Sequence record: SRR20825006_226
DNA length: 64,000 nucleotides
Reading direction: 5' to 3' (one strand)
The notes under the pieces are model-generated. The model was not told the DNA's origin, did not search any database, and saw nothing but the letters and a program-made list of their open reading frames with translations. The position numbers and the translations under genes were made by a program. Below, one piece after another: positions 18,725-28,571 of the stretch; within the stretch, counting starts at the first letter, position 1, and each line of letters starts with the position of its first letter.

Positions 18725-19543
18725 TTAGAAGAAAAAATTCAAATCTAAACCTGGGCTAACTCCCAATAATTCGTGTCGTTGAAAGGCGATGTTTATTTCC
18801 CAACGTTCCTGACCATAGCCTAAACCAAAGGAATACGCATTGGGTTGAGAACTTATCCCAACTCGGCCTTTTAAGTTTTCTACAATCTTCATTTCAACAC
18901 CTCCCCTAAACGATTTCTCGAAACGAACATCTTTCACTACATCAAAAGAAAAAAGTGCTATTTCTTCTAATCGGTAGGATAAGCCGATAGTTAGTTCTCG
19001 CGGTAAATCTTCATTGATTCCATTATAAGAAGGTCTGTTTATGTTAGTTCCGCGAGCACCGAGCCATAAATCCTCAGATAATTGAGCTGCAAGGCCTACA
19101 TCTACCCCCAATGCTCCGCCAGATCCGTAAGGCCCACCAAAAGTAATCGAGTTATAATTTAGAGCTAGCCCGAACCTCAAGCCTTGCCATCTATTTGCAT
19201 AAGCAAAACGCATTCTAGTTTCGTTGAATAGATTATCTCCATAGCGATGAAACGCAAATGCCGTTAATCCAAATTTAGTTGGATATGTGCCTACAGCAGC
19301 AATATCGGTAAGCTCAGAAACTCCATAATTTCTTAGGCTATAAAATCCAAGGCTGATTTTATCTTCACTTATAAGTGCTGGATTGGTGAATATTGCCCAT
19401 GTATTATCGGGTAAGGCGGCGGTCGCTTGCCCCATTCCAACCCCGTTTGCACCAATAATAACTTGCGCATCAGAAGGGTTGTTGCAAAAAAGAAGCAGGA
19501 TTATAAAAGTAATTTTATATAGATGGAATCGTATTCGTATCAT
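18725..19543 (-). CDS. Outer-membrane beta-barrel protein, PorV/FadL-like N-terminal motif
   Basis: Signal peptide, GANGVGMGQATAAL...IFTNPAL, amphipathic strands, terminal Phe. Confidence 0.6.
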   Translation of the reverse strand: MIRIRFHLYKITFIILLLFCNNPSDAQVIIGANGVGMGQATAALPDNTWAIFTNPALISEDKISLGFYSLRNYGVSELTDIAAVGTYPTKFGLTAFAFHRYGDNLFNETRMRFAYANRWQGLRFGLALNYNSITFGGPYGSGGALGVDVGLAAQLSEDLWLGARGTNINRPSYNGINEDLPRELTIGLSYRLEEIALFSFDVVKDVRFEKSFRGGVEMKIVENLKGRVGISSQPNAYSFGLGYGQERWEINIAFQRHELLGVSPGLDLNFFF

Positions 19544-19565
19544 TGGGTTGAATTTATACTATAAT

Positions 19566-20495
19566 ATGAGATATCTAGAGATAAATACAAAAGTGTTAAA
19601 GCCAAGATTCTATTACTTCATCGTCATTTTCCTATTTTCTACTTTTTCCGTAAAAGGCCAGGAGTTTAACTGCGATGTTACCGTAAATAACGATCTTATA
19701 GAAGGGGCTTCATTTACTTACATCACTGAACTTGAGCAACAAATTGAAGACTATATTAACGAGTATAAATGGACAAATATAGAGTTTCAGGAACATGAAC
19801 GTATAGTTTGCCAAATTCAAATTGTTATTGAAAGTGGTAATTCTAACTTCGACTTCTCTTCTCGAATTGTGTTTAGTTTACGTCGGCCTATTTTTAATAC
19901 AAACACAGAAACAACTTCTATCATACTAACCGATGATACTTGGAAGTTCAATTATCCTCAAGGGCGATCTTTTATCCACGACGAATTACAGTTCGATGAA
20001 CTTACTGGCCTACTAGATTTCTTTATTAACCTAGGACTTGGTTACGATTTTGATAGTTTTTCTCCTCTCGGTGGGACGCCTTATTTTCTAAGAGCCCAGA
20101 ATATTGTGGATCTGGCGCAGACAACTTCAGCTATCGGCTGGTCACGCAGCACTAATAATCGACGAAATCGATATACCTTAATAACTGATTTACTAAATAA
20201 TAGCTATGAACCTCTACGTGAAGCTTACTACACGTATCACCGTAAAGGGCTGGACCTTTTTGTGACGGATGAAACCCAAGCACGCGCTAACGTTTTAGAA
20301 GCTTTAAAACAAATTCGCGACGCCAAACGAAGAGCAACTAGTAATTATTTATTCGATGTCTTTTTTGATACAAAATCTAGAGAAATTGCTGGTATATTCG
20401 AGGGGGCTGATTCAAGAATTAAGCTACAAGCATATGGCGTTCTTTTAGAAACAGATCAAGGCCATCTTTCTGAATATTCTACTCTACAGAATTAA
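19566..20495 (+). CDS. porD: DUF4835 family / type IX secretion protein PorD (SprD)-like
   Basis: QEFNCDVTVN...KWT...RPIFNT...GYDFDSFSPLGGTPYF...GW...NRY...YYTYHRKGLD. Start moved from 19383 (which overlaps the divergent gene) to ATG 19566; GTG 19593 is an alternative. Confidence 0.7.
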   Translation: MRYLEINTKVLKPRFYYFIVIFLFSTFSVKGQEFNCDVTVNNDLIEGASFTYITELEQQIEDYINEYKWTNIEFQEHERIVCQIQIVIESGNSNFDFSSRIVFSLRRPIFNTNTETTSIILTDDTWKFNYPQGRSFIHDELQFDELTGLLDFFINLGLGYDFDSFSPLGGTPYFLRAQNIVDLAQTTSAIGWSRSTNNRRNRYTLITDLLNNSYEPLREAYYTYHRKGLDLFVTDETQARANVLEALKQIRDAKRRATSNYLFDVFFDTKSREIAGIFEGADSRIKLQAYGVLLETDQGHLSEYSTLQN

Positions 20496-20574
20496 ACATT
20501 TTATTTTTGGTTTTGTATATTGAGCCTTCAGAAAAGCGGTTACAAATGATAATTTTTAAGTTTACAATTTGCAC

Positions 20575-21345
20575 ATGAAATTTTACGTTTGCATAAAAAT
20601 GGTGCCTGATGTCTACGCACCCATCCAAGTTAAAGAAGGCGAATTAATTATGGACGCTGATCGCGTAGTGCTAAATGCCTACGATGCTTCAGCTGTTGAA
20701 GAAGCCTTGGTTCTTTCTGGTAAACACGGAGGCGAAGTTGAAGTTATTTGCATTGGCCCTGCTAAAGCATCAGAGACTATTCGAAAAGCATTGGCAATGG
20801 GCGCAGATAAAGGCACGCACATACAAACTTCAGGAACCGAAGGCTATGACTCTGGAAGTTATGCTCAAATTTTAGCTACTTTTTTTAAGGATAAAGAATT
20901 TGATGTTCTAGCATTGGGGAAACAATCTCAAGATTCTGATTCTGGACTCACAGGTAGCATGGTTGCAGAACTTTTAAGCTTACCCTACGCCACAAATGCC
21001 GTAGGCCTTGAAGCTGAGGACAATGCGCTTATTGTTAAACGCCAAGGCGATGCTGGCCAGGAAATGATCGCTTTACCCTTCCCTTGTGCCGTTACTTGTT
21101 CAAACGATATGAACAATCCTCGCATTCCAAATCTTAAAGGTATTATGGCTTCTAAACGCAAGCCTATCGATGCACTTGAGGTTAGTTCTCTTGGCCTAGA
21201 CGAGAATACTCTTACTGCAAAAACAAAAACACTTAGCTACCAAGATAAGCCAGCACGACAAGCTGGCAAGAAGTACGAAGGTGAAGCAGACGAAATTGCT
21301 CGCCAAGTTGCTCAGTTATTAGATACTGAAGCTAACGTTATTTAG
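20575..21345 (+). CDS. etfB: Electron transfer flavoprotein beta subunit (EtfB/FixA)
   Basis: VCIKMVPD, NAYDASAVEEAL, RKALAMGAD, GKQSQDSDSG, PRIPNLKGIMASKRK; ATG 20575 preferred over TTG 20569. Confidence 0.92.
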   Translation: MKFYVCIKMVPDVYAPIQVKEGELIMDADRVVLNAYDASAVEEALVLSGKHGGEVEVICIGPAKASETIRKALAMGADKGTHIQTSGTEGYDSGSYAQILATFFKDKEFDVLALGKQSQDSDSGLTGSMVAELLSLPYATNAVGLEAEDNALIVKRQGDAGQEMIALPFPCAVTCSNDMNNPRIPNLKGIMASKRKPIDALEVSSLGLDENTLTAKTKTLSYQDKPARQAGKKYEGEADEIARQVAQLLDTEANVI

Positions 21346-21462
21346 AAATTATACCATTGAATACCATATCACGAAGTTGACATTATATTGCTTATCGCAT
21401 TCATGCTTCTTCTACGTTAATACACGTATTCAAATATCAAATTATGACTCAAAGGAATTAAA

Positions 21463-22437
21463 ATGAGCACATTACTGACTTACGTTGCCATTACTGACGG
21501 CAAAATTAAACGTTCATCACTTGAGGTACTTTCACACTGTAAACAATTAGCCGATTCCGCTGGACATACCGTAGCAGCTGTGGTTATTGATGCTAATGCT
21601 TCAAGTTACACTGCAGACATTAGTAAGTATGGAGCTTCAAAAGTATACGCTATTGAAAATCCTATTTTCAAAAGCCATATGAATACTCCTCTGCTTAAGG
21701 CATTGGCCAAAACTATGGAAACGGTTTCTCCATCAGTGTTTGCGTTTGCATCCACAGAAAGCACAAAAGATATTTTAGGAGCTTTGGCTGCAAACCAAAA
21801 TGCTGCGGTTCTAGCGGATGTTGCTTCTTTTGAACTCTCCCCTAACGGTGTTACCGCAAAACGTCCTGTAATGGCGGCAAAAGTTCTTGCCAACGCAGAG
21901 GCAATCGGAGATAAGGTTTTGGTGTCTGTTAGATCTGGATCTTACGATTTAATTGAATCTCCCGTTGAGGCCAAAACAGTTTCTATTGATTTTGATATCG
22001 CCGAAAGTGACTTAAAAGCTACACTACGTGAAATTATTTCAATCAGTGGAGACACAATCGACTTAAACGAAGCCGAAGCAATTGTTGCAGCTGGCCGCGG
22101 TGTAAAAGATGAAGAAGGTAAAGCACTCATCTCTGAACTTGCAAGCGTTTTAAATGCTGGTATTGGAGCTTCAAGAGCATTAACAGAATCTGGAGTTTAC
22201 GATCCTAGCCTTCAAATTGGGCAAACTGGAAAAGTAGTTTCTCCTCAATTATATATTGCTGTTGGCATTTCTGGTGCGATACAACACGTTGCAGGTATGG
22301 CAAACAGTAAAGTAATTGTAGCCATCAACAAAGATGCTGACGCACCTATTTTTGAAGTTGCTGACTACGGAATTGTTGGAGATTTATACAAAATCCTCCC
22401 GCCATTCATCGAAGAATTAAAAAAGATTAAAGGCTAG
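21463..22437 (+). CDS. etfA: Electron transfer flavoprotein alpha subunit (EtfA/FixB)
   Basis: [61 protein letters not shown]. Confidence 0.95.
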   Translation: MSTLLTYVAITDGKIKRSSLEVLSHCKQLADSAGHTVAAVVIDANASSYTADISKYGASKVYAIENPIFKSHMNTPLLKALAKTMETVSPSVFAFASTESTKDILGALAANQNAAVLADVASFELSPNGVTAKRPVMAAKVLANAEAIGDKVLVSVRSGSYDLIESPVEAKTVSIDFDIAESDLKATLREIISISGDTIDLNEAEAIVAAGRGVKDEEGKALISELASVLNAGIGASRALTESGVYDPSLQIGQTGKVVSPQLYIAVGISGAIQHVAGMANSKVIVAINKDADAPIFEVADYGIVGDLYKILPPFIEELKKIKG

Positions 22438-22536
22438 AGAATTCTAAATTATAAATGATGAATTTTGAATTACTTCAATCACTAGTAAGAATGAGAATAA
22501 TTCAAAACTTATAATCCATCATTCAAAATTTCAATT

Positions 22537-23862
22537 ATGGAAGATAAATTTGACTGTATAGTAATTGGTGGTGGCATTGCAGGCTTATCTGCAGCAATGA
22601 CACTCGCCAGAAATAACATGAAGTTTCTTCTTATTGAAAGAGGAGAATTTGCTGGCTCTAAAAATGTCTCAGGTGGGGTACTTTGGGGTAGCGATTTAGC
22701 AAAGCTTGTTCCCAATTATTGGGAAGAAACGGATGGCGGATGGGAGCGTTTCATAAACCATCGCCGCCTTACGTTCATGGATGACCAGTCCACTTTTTCT
22801 CTCGATTTTAAATCAAAGCATTTCAACGAAACACCTTATAACGGCGTAGTAGTTTTGCGTTCTAAGTTTGATAATTGGCTTGCTGGCAAAGTACAAGAAG
22901 CTATTGACGCTAGTGATTTCGCAATGGATTCATTCATCGCTACTGAAATTAAAGTAGACGAAGTGATGATGGAAAACGACAAAGCCATTGGAATCAAAAC
23001 GGGTGAAGATGAGTTTTTTGCAGATTCTGTTATTATTGCCGAGGGTGTAAACAATTTGCTAACTCGCCAAGTTGGCCTTCAGGATAAATATGTCCCTGCC
23101 GACCACATGCTCACAGGCATTAAAGAAGTTATCCGTTTCGATCAAAAAGTTCTAGAAGATCGCTTCCAACTAAATGGTTTAAGTGGGATGAGTAACGAGT
23201 TTGTTGGCTGGGCTACCAACGGCATTGAAGGTGGTGGCTTTCTTTATACCAATCGTGATACCATTTCTTTAGGTTTGGTTTTAGGATTGAAAGATCTCCG
23301 CGAGAAAAAGCAGAAACCTTACGACATCCTCAATCACTTCAAATCTCATCCAACAGTAGCTGATGCTATCCGTGGCGGTGAAGTTGTTGAGTACTCAGCA
23401 CACGTGGTTTCCTCTGGCGATTCTCGAGTAATGCCAAAAGAACTTTATAAAGATGGGATTCTACTAGTTGGCGAAGCTGCAAATTTACTTATGAATGCAG
23501 GAAAAGCCATTCAAGGAATGGATTATGCAATGCGTTCTGGGATTTTAGCTGCCGAAACTATTGTTAAAGCTAAAGCCAAAGGCGATTATTCATCGGCTAC
23601 ACTTAAAGAATATCGTAAAGTGATGGATGAGAGTTACGTAATGAAAGACATCAACAACTTTCAGGATGCCGTTCATTTGTTACATACCGACACCATGCAG
23701 CAGAAAGTGCCTAACTTAGTGTGTGATTTTGGACGTCAGTTCTTCAGCATTAAAAACGAGCCTACTCCGAAATCTGAGAAAATGTTGCTCGGAGCTATAA
23801 AACGACACTCCTCCCTTTGGGAACTCGCTAAACTTGGATTTAAAGCAAGGAAGTCATTATGA
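22537..23862 (+). CDS. fixC: FixC-like FAD-dependent ETF:quinone oxidoreductase subunit
   Basis: IVIGGGIAG, ERGEFAGSKNVSGG, RSKFDNWLA, GGGFLYTNRDTISLG, EYSAH, GMDYAMRSG. Confidence 0.88.
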   Translation: MEDKFDCIVIGGGIAGLSAAMTLARNNMKFLLIERGEFAGSKNVSGGVLWGSDLAKLVPNYWEETDGGWERFINHRRLTFMDDQSTFSLDFKSKHFNETPYNGVVVLRSKFDNWLAGKVQEAIDASDFAMDSFIATEIKVDEVMMENDKAIGIKTGEDEFFADSVIIAEGVNNLLTRQVGLQDKYVPADHMLTGIKEVIRFDQKVLEDRFQLNGLSGMSNEFVGWATNGIEGGGFLYTNRDTISLGLVLGLKDLREKKQKPYDILNHFKSHPTVADAIRGGEVVEYSAHVVSSGDSRVMPKELYKDGILLVGEAANLLMNAGKAIQGMDYAMRSGILAAETIVKAKAKGDYSSATLKEYRKVMDESYVMKDINNFQDAVHLLHTDTMQQKVPNLVCDFGRQFFSIKNEPTPKSEKMLLGAIKRHSSLWELAKLGFKARKSL

Positions 23863-24161
23863 AACTACTCTCACTATCTGAACGACTCGGCTTAGTAAGC
23901 TACCGTAACCAGGCTAAATCTGAAATTAAGCCTCATATTATCGTAGATACCGATATTTGCAATTCCACTTGTCCACACAAATGCACCACATGGGTTTGTC
24001 CTGCTAATTGCTATACGATGGATGACGTGGGTAAAGTACATTTTCAAGTTGAAGATTGTATTGAGTGTGGCACTTGTATGTACGCTTGTGATCAAGGCGC
24101 TGTAGATTGGAATTACCCCGATCCAGAAATTGGACGTGGCGTAACCTGGAATTTTGGATAA
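23859..24161 (+). CDS. fixX: FixX-like ferredoxin
   Basis: HI...CNSTCPHKC...CPANCY...CIECGTCMYAC...WNYP...GV; ATGA overlap with fixC. Confidence 0.88.
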   Translation: MKLLSLSERLGLVSYRNQAKSEIKPHIIVDTDICNSTCPHKCTTWVCPANCYTMDDVGKVHFQVEDCIECGTCMYACDQGAVDWNYPDPEIGRGVTWNFG

Positions 24162-24192
24162 AAAAAAGAGCCCAATATTTGGGCTCTTTTTT
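24162..24192. terminator. Bidirectional intrinsic terminator
   Basis: AAAAAAGAGCCCAA-tat-TTGGGCTCTTTTTT between convergent genes. Confidence 0.88.
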
Positions 24193-24216
24193 ATTTAATA
24201 CTAAACTAAATGCTTG

Positions 24217-24597
24217 TTACTCTTCTGGAGTAAGAGCTACATCCACTTCAAGGATTGGAGTGTCAGCTGTAGCTTCAATAGTTTCTTCATAATCCTCGAA
24301 ACCATCTTCTTCTACTTTAAGAGTATACGTTTCACCTTCAGCAAGCTTCGTGAATATGAAGTTACCTTCGTCATCAGTTTTAGCTGTTAGTGCAAGTTCC
24401 TCAATACTAACTTCAATTCCAGCAAGTACTGAATCGGTTTCGCTATCAGTCACTGTTCCTTCAAGGGTAAGTGCGCTTTTCGAAACTAGTAGCTCAGAAT
24501 TAGCAACTTTGTTATCTGGTGCGTTAATCATCGCAACTGAACTAATTCCAAAAATGAAGATGAATAATCCTAGATATAAATTTTTTCTATTTAACAT
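24217..24597 (-). CDS. Small exported carboxypeptidase-regulatory-like (transthyretin-like/Cna-B) domain protein
   Basis: Signal peptide, LEGTVTDSETDSVLAGIEV...TDDEGNF...YTLKVEEDGF; AGAGGA SD-like site upstream. Confidence 0.75.
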   Translation of the reverse strand: MLNRKNLYLGLFIFIFGISSVAMINAPDNKVANSELLVSKSALTLEGTVTDSETDSVLAGIEVSIEELALTAKTDDEGNFIFTKLAEGETYTLKVEEDGFEDYEETIEATADTPILEVDVALTPEE

Positions 24598-24927
24598 AAT
24601 AGATCCTCTCTTGATTTATTTTTGATGATAGATTCGAATTCTTTTATCGAATTCTTTTGTTATTCGTTGAACATCACTCCCCAGAGAAGGTTCAACTTTC
24701 TAATCATTGTAAATCATTTTCTACGCTTACCATTATTCTTAATAAATATTTTAAGGAACCTATCTTTCTAATCTCCTGCTTAACAACCGCTTAATCTAGC
24801 TCAGCACGTCTTCAGTATGTAATCTTTTATAAATTCGAAAATTCCCGAACGTTTTTATTATTCAAATCCGTTATCTTTGGAAGCGTTTCCACGTAAAATT
24901 AACCACTACATAAGCAACCATCATCAT

Positions 24928-26100
24928 ATGAGCACTACTTTAGAGAATACACTTTCTTTTGATTTGAGCAACGATCAAAAAATGATTCGCGATAGCGTAA
25001 AAGAATTTGTAGAAAGGAATGTTGCACCAACCGTAATGGACAGAGACAACAGCAAGAAATTTCCACATGATATTGTAAAGCAGCTTGGTGAAATGGGAAT
25101 GCTCGGCATCTATCATGAAGAGCAATATGGCGGTGCTGGATTTGATGTTGTTAGCTTTTGCTTAGCTCTTGAAGAAATCGCTCGTTGGGACGCCTCGCTT
25201 GCGCTAACCGTCGCTTCGCATACTTCACTTGGCACAGGGCACATTGCCGTTGCAGGTTCTCATGAGCAAAAAATGAAATATATGCCTTCACTAACTTCTG
25301 GTGAAAAACTTGGAGCTTGGTGTTTGACTGAGCCTGGATCAGGTTCTGATGCTTCAGGAATGAAAACTACGGCTATTAAAGATGGAGACCATTACATTAT
25401 CAACGGCTCAAAGATTTTCATCACCCAAGGTTCCGTAGGAGATATTTATGTTGTTCTTGCCAAAACCGACCCAACTAAAGGCACCAAAGGAATTAGCACT
25501 TTTATAGTTGAAAGAGAATGGGAAGGCGTAAAACCTGGCCCAGGAATGCACAAACTAGGAATGAATTCTTCTGATACCACTGAAGTTTATTTTGAAAATG
25601 TCCGTGTGCCTGCCGAAAATCTTCTTGGAGAAGAAGGAATGGGATTTATTGATACCATGAAAGTTCTTGATGGCGGACGAGTTGGGATTGCAGCACTATC
25701 AGTTGGGATTGCTCGTGGCGCTTTAGAAGAGTCCCTCAAATACGCGATGGAACGCAAACAGTTTGGTACTGCAATTGGCAACTTCCAATACATGGAAGGG
25801 AAACTTGTTGACATGGCTACCGAAATTGAAGCTGCACGCTTATTAGTGCTTAGAGCCGCTGTTCTAAAAGATCAAGGCAAGCCATACACCACCGAGGCAT
25901 CTATGGCTAAGTTATTTGCTTCAGAGCTTTCTGTGCGGGCTGCTTTGGAGGCAATTCAGATTCATGGTGGTTACGGTTACACTAAAGAATATCATGTAGA
26001 ACGATTTTTACGCGATGCTAAACTAATGACCATTGGCGAAGGAACTTCAGAAGTTCAACGCTTGGTTATTGCACGCGAAATGAAAAAGACTTTGGCATAG
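24928..26100 (+). CDS. Acyl-CoA dehydrogenase (short/branched-chain type)
   Basis: [57 protein letters not shown] 24928 preferred over TTG 24877. Confidence 0.93.
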   Translation: MSTTLENTLSFDLSNDQKMIRDSVKEFVERNVAPTVMDRDNSKKFPHDIVKQLGEMGMLGIYHEEQYGGAGFDVVSFCLALEEIARWDASLALTVASHTSLGTGHIAVAGSHEQKMKYMPSLTSGEKLGAWCLTEPGSGSDASGMKTTAIKDGDHYIINGSKIFITQGSVGDIYVVLAKTDPTKGTKGISTFIVEREWEGVKPGPGMHKLGMNSSDTTEVYFENVRVPAENLLGEEGMGFIDTMKVLDGGRVGIAALSVGIARGALEESLKYAMERKQFGTAIGNFQYMEGKLVDMATEIEAARLLVLRAAVLKDQGKPYTTEASMAKLFASELSVRAALEAIQIHGGYGYTKEYHVERFLRDAKLMTIGEGTSEVQRLVIAREMKKTLA

Positions 26101-26120
26101 TTTTATCACAACTTACATTC

Positions 26121-26150
26121 AAGCCCATATCTTAATAGATATGGGCTTTT
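26121..26150 (+). terminator. Intrinsic terminator
   Basis: AAGCCCATATCT-taat-AGATATGGGCTT followed by TT and an AT-rich tail. Confidence 0.8.
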
Positions 26151-26205
26151 ATTTATTGTATTTATTACACATATTTAAACTCAATGTTAACAAATTTGAG
26201 TTTTC

Positions 26206-27336
26206 ATGAAAAAGCTAACTACTCTTCTACTTTCTGTATTGGTGTTTCTTTCATGCACCAATAAACAAAATCCCAACTCAGGAACCAGCAATAACGTTAT
26301 CATCAATCCTGAATATGGAGATTTACAATCTCAAGAATCCCCTCCTATAAATTTCGAATTAGTTCAAACCTTCGGAAACGATCAGGATGATGAAAACACT
26401 CTTTTCATATATATAAAATCCATTTTTGTTGATACAGACCAAAACATCTATGCACTCGACCCATACTCGCCTAAACTTATTTCCTATTCAAAAACGGGTA
26501 CAGTTCGTTGGATAGTTGATAGCCCTGGAAAAGGTCCTGGAGATCTTGATCAACCCAAAGGAATGGTTTGGAACAACAACGATCTAATCTATTTGTCCAA
26601 CATTAACGGACACAGAATTGATGTATTCAATTTAGAAGGTGAGTTTGTTGAGTCCCTCAGCCTTCCCGAAAGTAAAAGGTCACTTGAGCCCATTGGTTAT
26701 TCTGATGAAAAACTCATTCTTGCTACAGAAGTAGGAGGAGCCTTTGCTAAGAAATTTTCAGTATTCGATATCAACAACCTCTCTTCACCTAAAACCACTT
26801 TTACCATTGATGAAACTGGAGACATCGAAGTACCGGTTTCCTCTTCTTGGTTCTCGCAAGCAACGCTCCTTGATGGGGAAATTGTTTATGGAGGAGTTTC
26901 AGAGTATAAATACAGCTTTGTTAACTTAGATAGTACCAAAGACAAAACAGTTCAACGAGAATTTGGAAAAATTGTGCGACCTGGTTTTTTTGAAGATGAC
27001 GAAGGTAGTGTTATCGGGGCTCTTGGTGGAATGAGACCTCCTTTAAAACTTTCTTCTGGTCACTACCTTACTTCAGCGAGCTGGCCTGTTGATATAGATG
27101 ATCCTGACGCATTTATACAAAATATGTTCATGGGAATAACTACTGAATATAAGCTTGAAAACACTATCGACCTTTTTGATAAAAACTGGAACCTTTTATA
27201 TTCAATTGAAAGTGAAGAGCCTGAGCATCCCGATTATGGAGCCCCTCAATTTGTAGATTCAGAGGGATATCTTTACTCCATTTTCACAATCCCTTTTGCT
27301 CATATCAAGAAATTCAGCATTACTATAAATGAATAA
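26206..27336 (+). CDS. 6-bladed beta-propeller (NHL-like) lipoprotein
   Basis: Lipobox FLSC, GKGPGDL..P, RIDVFNLEGEF. Confidence 0.72.
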   Translation: MKKLTTLLLSVLVFLSCTNKQNPNSGTSNNVIINPEYGDLQSQESPPINFELVQTFGNDQDDENTLFIYIKSIFVDTDQNIYALDPYSPKLISYSKTGTVRWIVDSPGKGPGDLDQPKGMVWNNNDLIYLSNINGHRIDVFNLEGEFVESLSLPESKRSLEPIGYSDEKLILATEVGGAFAKKFSVFDINNLSSPKTTFTIDETGDIEVPVSSSWFSQATLLDGEIVYGGVSEYKYSFVNLDSTKDKTVQREFGKIVRPGFFEDDEGSVIGALGGMRPPLKLSSGHYLTSASWPVDIDDPDAFIQNMFMGITTEYKLENTIDLFDKNWNLLYSIESEEPEHPDYGAPQFVDSEGYLYSIFTIPFAHIKKFSITINE

Positions 27337-28474
27337 ATATTCAAAGATCAGTCTCTTCAGGCTGACCATCCTAACACTTGCTTCATTTCTTATTTGGAAC
27401 TGTTCCGATGCAACCAAAAATGAAGTAAGTGATTCTAGGATTATCCAAAATCCAGAATACGGTTCCAAGCAAAACACTGTCCCAACGCCTTTTGAGTTCG
27501 TGCTTGAAGATTCTATTTTTATTCAATTACCTGAAGACTTCATTCTATCGGGAATAAGCTTTCTCAGTACCGATAATAACGGAAATTTCTACTTTATGGA
27601 TATTGCTCAATCCAAACTCATTTCCGTTTCTCCGGATGGCACCCTGAGATGGATAACTGGTGAAAAAGGAAAAGGGCCTGGTGACTTCGAAAGTGTTTGG
27701 GGTATATCAATTCTAGACAGTTCAATAATGGTTAACAATATCAACAGTTCTCGTCTCGATTATTTCGATTTCGAAGGAAATTTCATTAAAAGCACTTCTT
27801 TGGGTAAAGACGTTGGTTTCTCTTCTATAGTAGGAATCACTAAAAACGGGAATTTAGTCATGAGTGGTCCTAACTGGGATTCTTTCGGTCACAGTATTCT
27901 ATTAGTAAAACCAGAATCGGACTCTTTAATTGTAGAACACTCCTTTAAGATTGATGAATCGAATGGTGTTAAAGTAACTAAAGGTTTTAATGCTAAAACA
28001 GAGATACATATTATTGATGATAACATCGTAACCGGTAGTATTCACGATTATTCCTTTAGTATTTACGACTTGGAAGGGACTCTTCTTAAAAATATTCATC
28101 GTGATTTTGACAGAATTGTTCGTCCGGGAATGTATGTATCTGAAGAGTTTAGTGTTTTGAATAGCTTTGGAAGTACTGCATCTCCATTTAAGATAAATAA
28201 TGACCTTTATCTTGCTACAGCAAATTGGCCCACCAATGTTTCTGATCCTGATCAATTTACAAAAAGAGCTACTCTTGGAAGTGAGGAAAGAGTTCAATTC
28301 ATGAACACCATAGATTTTTTCGATGCAAACTGGAACTTACTTTATTCCATCGAAAGCGATGGGTACAATTCAAAAATTGGTCGCATTCAGCTCGTCAAAG
28401 ATGAATCCATTTTCACTGCAAGAGCTGAACCCTCCCCAACTATTTTCAGATATAGGATTTTGGAACGGAATTAA
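27329..28474 (+). CDS. 6-bladed beta-propeller (NHL-like) lipoprotein, paralog of the upstream gene
   Basis: Lipobox-like IWNC, GKGPGDF, RLDYFDFEGNF; shares NPEYG, IVRPG and NWNLLYSIES with 26206..27336. Confidence 0.72.
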   Translation: MNKYSKISLFRLTILTLASFLIWNCSDATKNEVSDSRIIQNPEYGSKQNTVPTPFEFVLEDSIFIQLPEDFILSGISFLSTDNNGNFYFMDIAQSKLISVSPDGTLRWITGEKGKGPGDFESVWGISILDSSIMVNNINSSRLDYFDFEGNFIKSTSLGKDVGFSSIVGITKNGNLVMSGPNWDSFGHSILLVKPESDSLIVEHSFKIDESNGVKVTKGFNAKTEIHIIDDNIVTGSIHDYSFSIYDLEGTLLKNIHRDFDRIVRPGMYVSEEFSVLNSFGSTASPFKINNDLYLATANWPTNVSDPDQFTKRATLGSEERVQFMNTIDFFDANWNLLYSIESDGYNSKIGRIQLVKDESIFTARAEPSPTIFRYRILERN

Positions 28475-28571
28475 TTTTTCCGATTAATTTGTAGGAAATT
28501 TTATTCCTCAATAACGATATTTTCCTTACTATCTAATTCCAACATCTACAACCTGAAAATACGTTTATAGA

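Noticed and set aside
19383-19565. N-terminal extension of the porD-like ORF
   Set aside because: Overlaps the divergent barrel gene; a signal-peptide-like sequence begins only after 19566/19593
20575-24161. Nitrogen-fixation fixABCX
   Set aside because: No nif genes in the window; the context is acyl-CoA oxidation
24877-24927. His-rich N-terminal extension (NHHH) on the acyl-CoA dehydrogenase
   Set aside because: The TTG lies inside a probable promoter element (TATCTTTG at 24872-24879); ATG 24928 gives a normal-length protein
26164-26175. LexA-like box (TTACACATAT) upstream of the propeller lipoproteins
   Set aside because: Only one half-site; no partner at 11-bp spacing
26206-28474. Diversity-generating retroelement or phase-variable cassette
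   Set aside because: No reverse transcriptase or recombinase, and no near-identical nucleotide repeats; similarity is at the protein-motif level only
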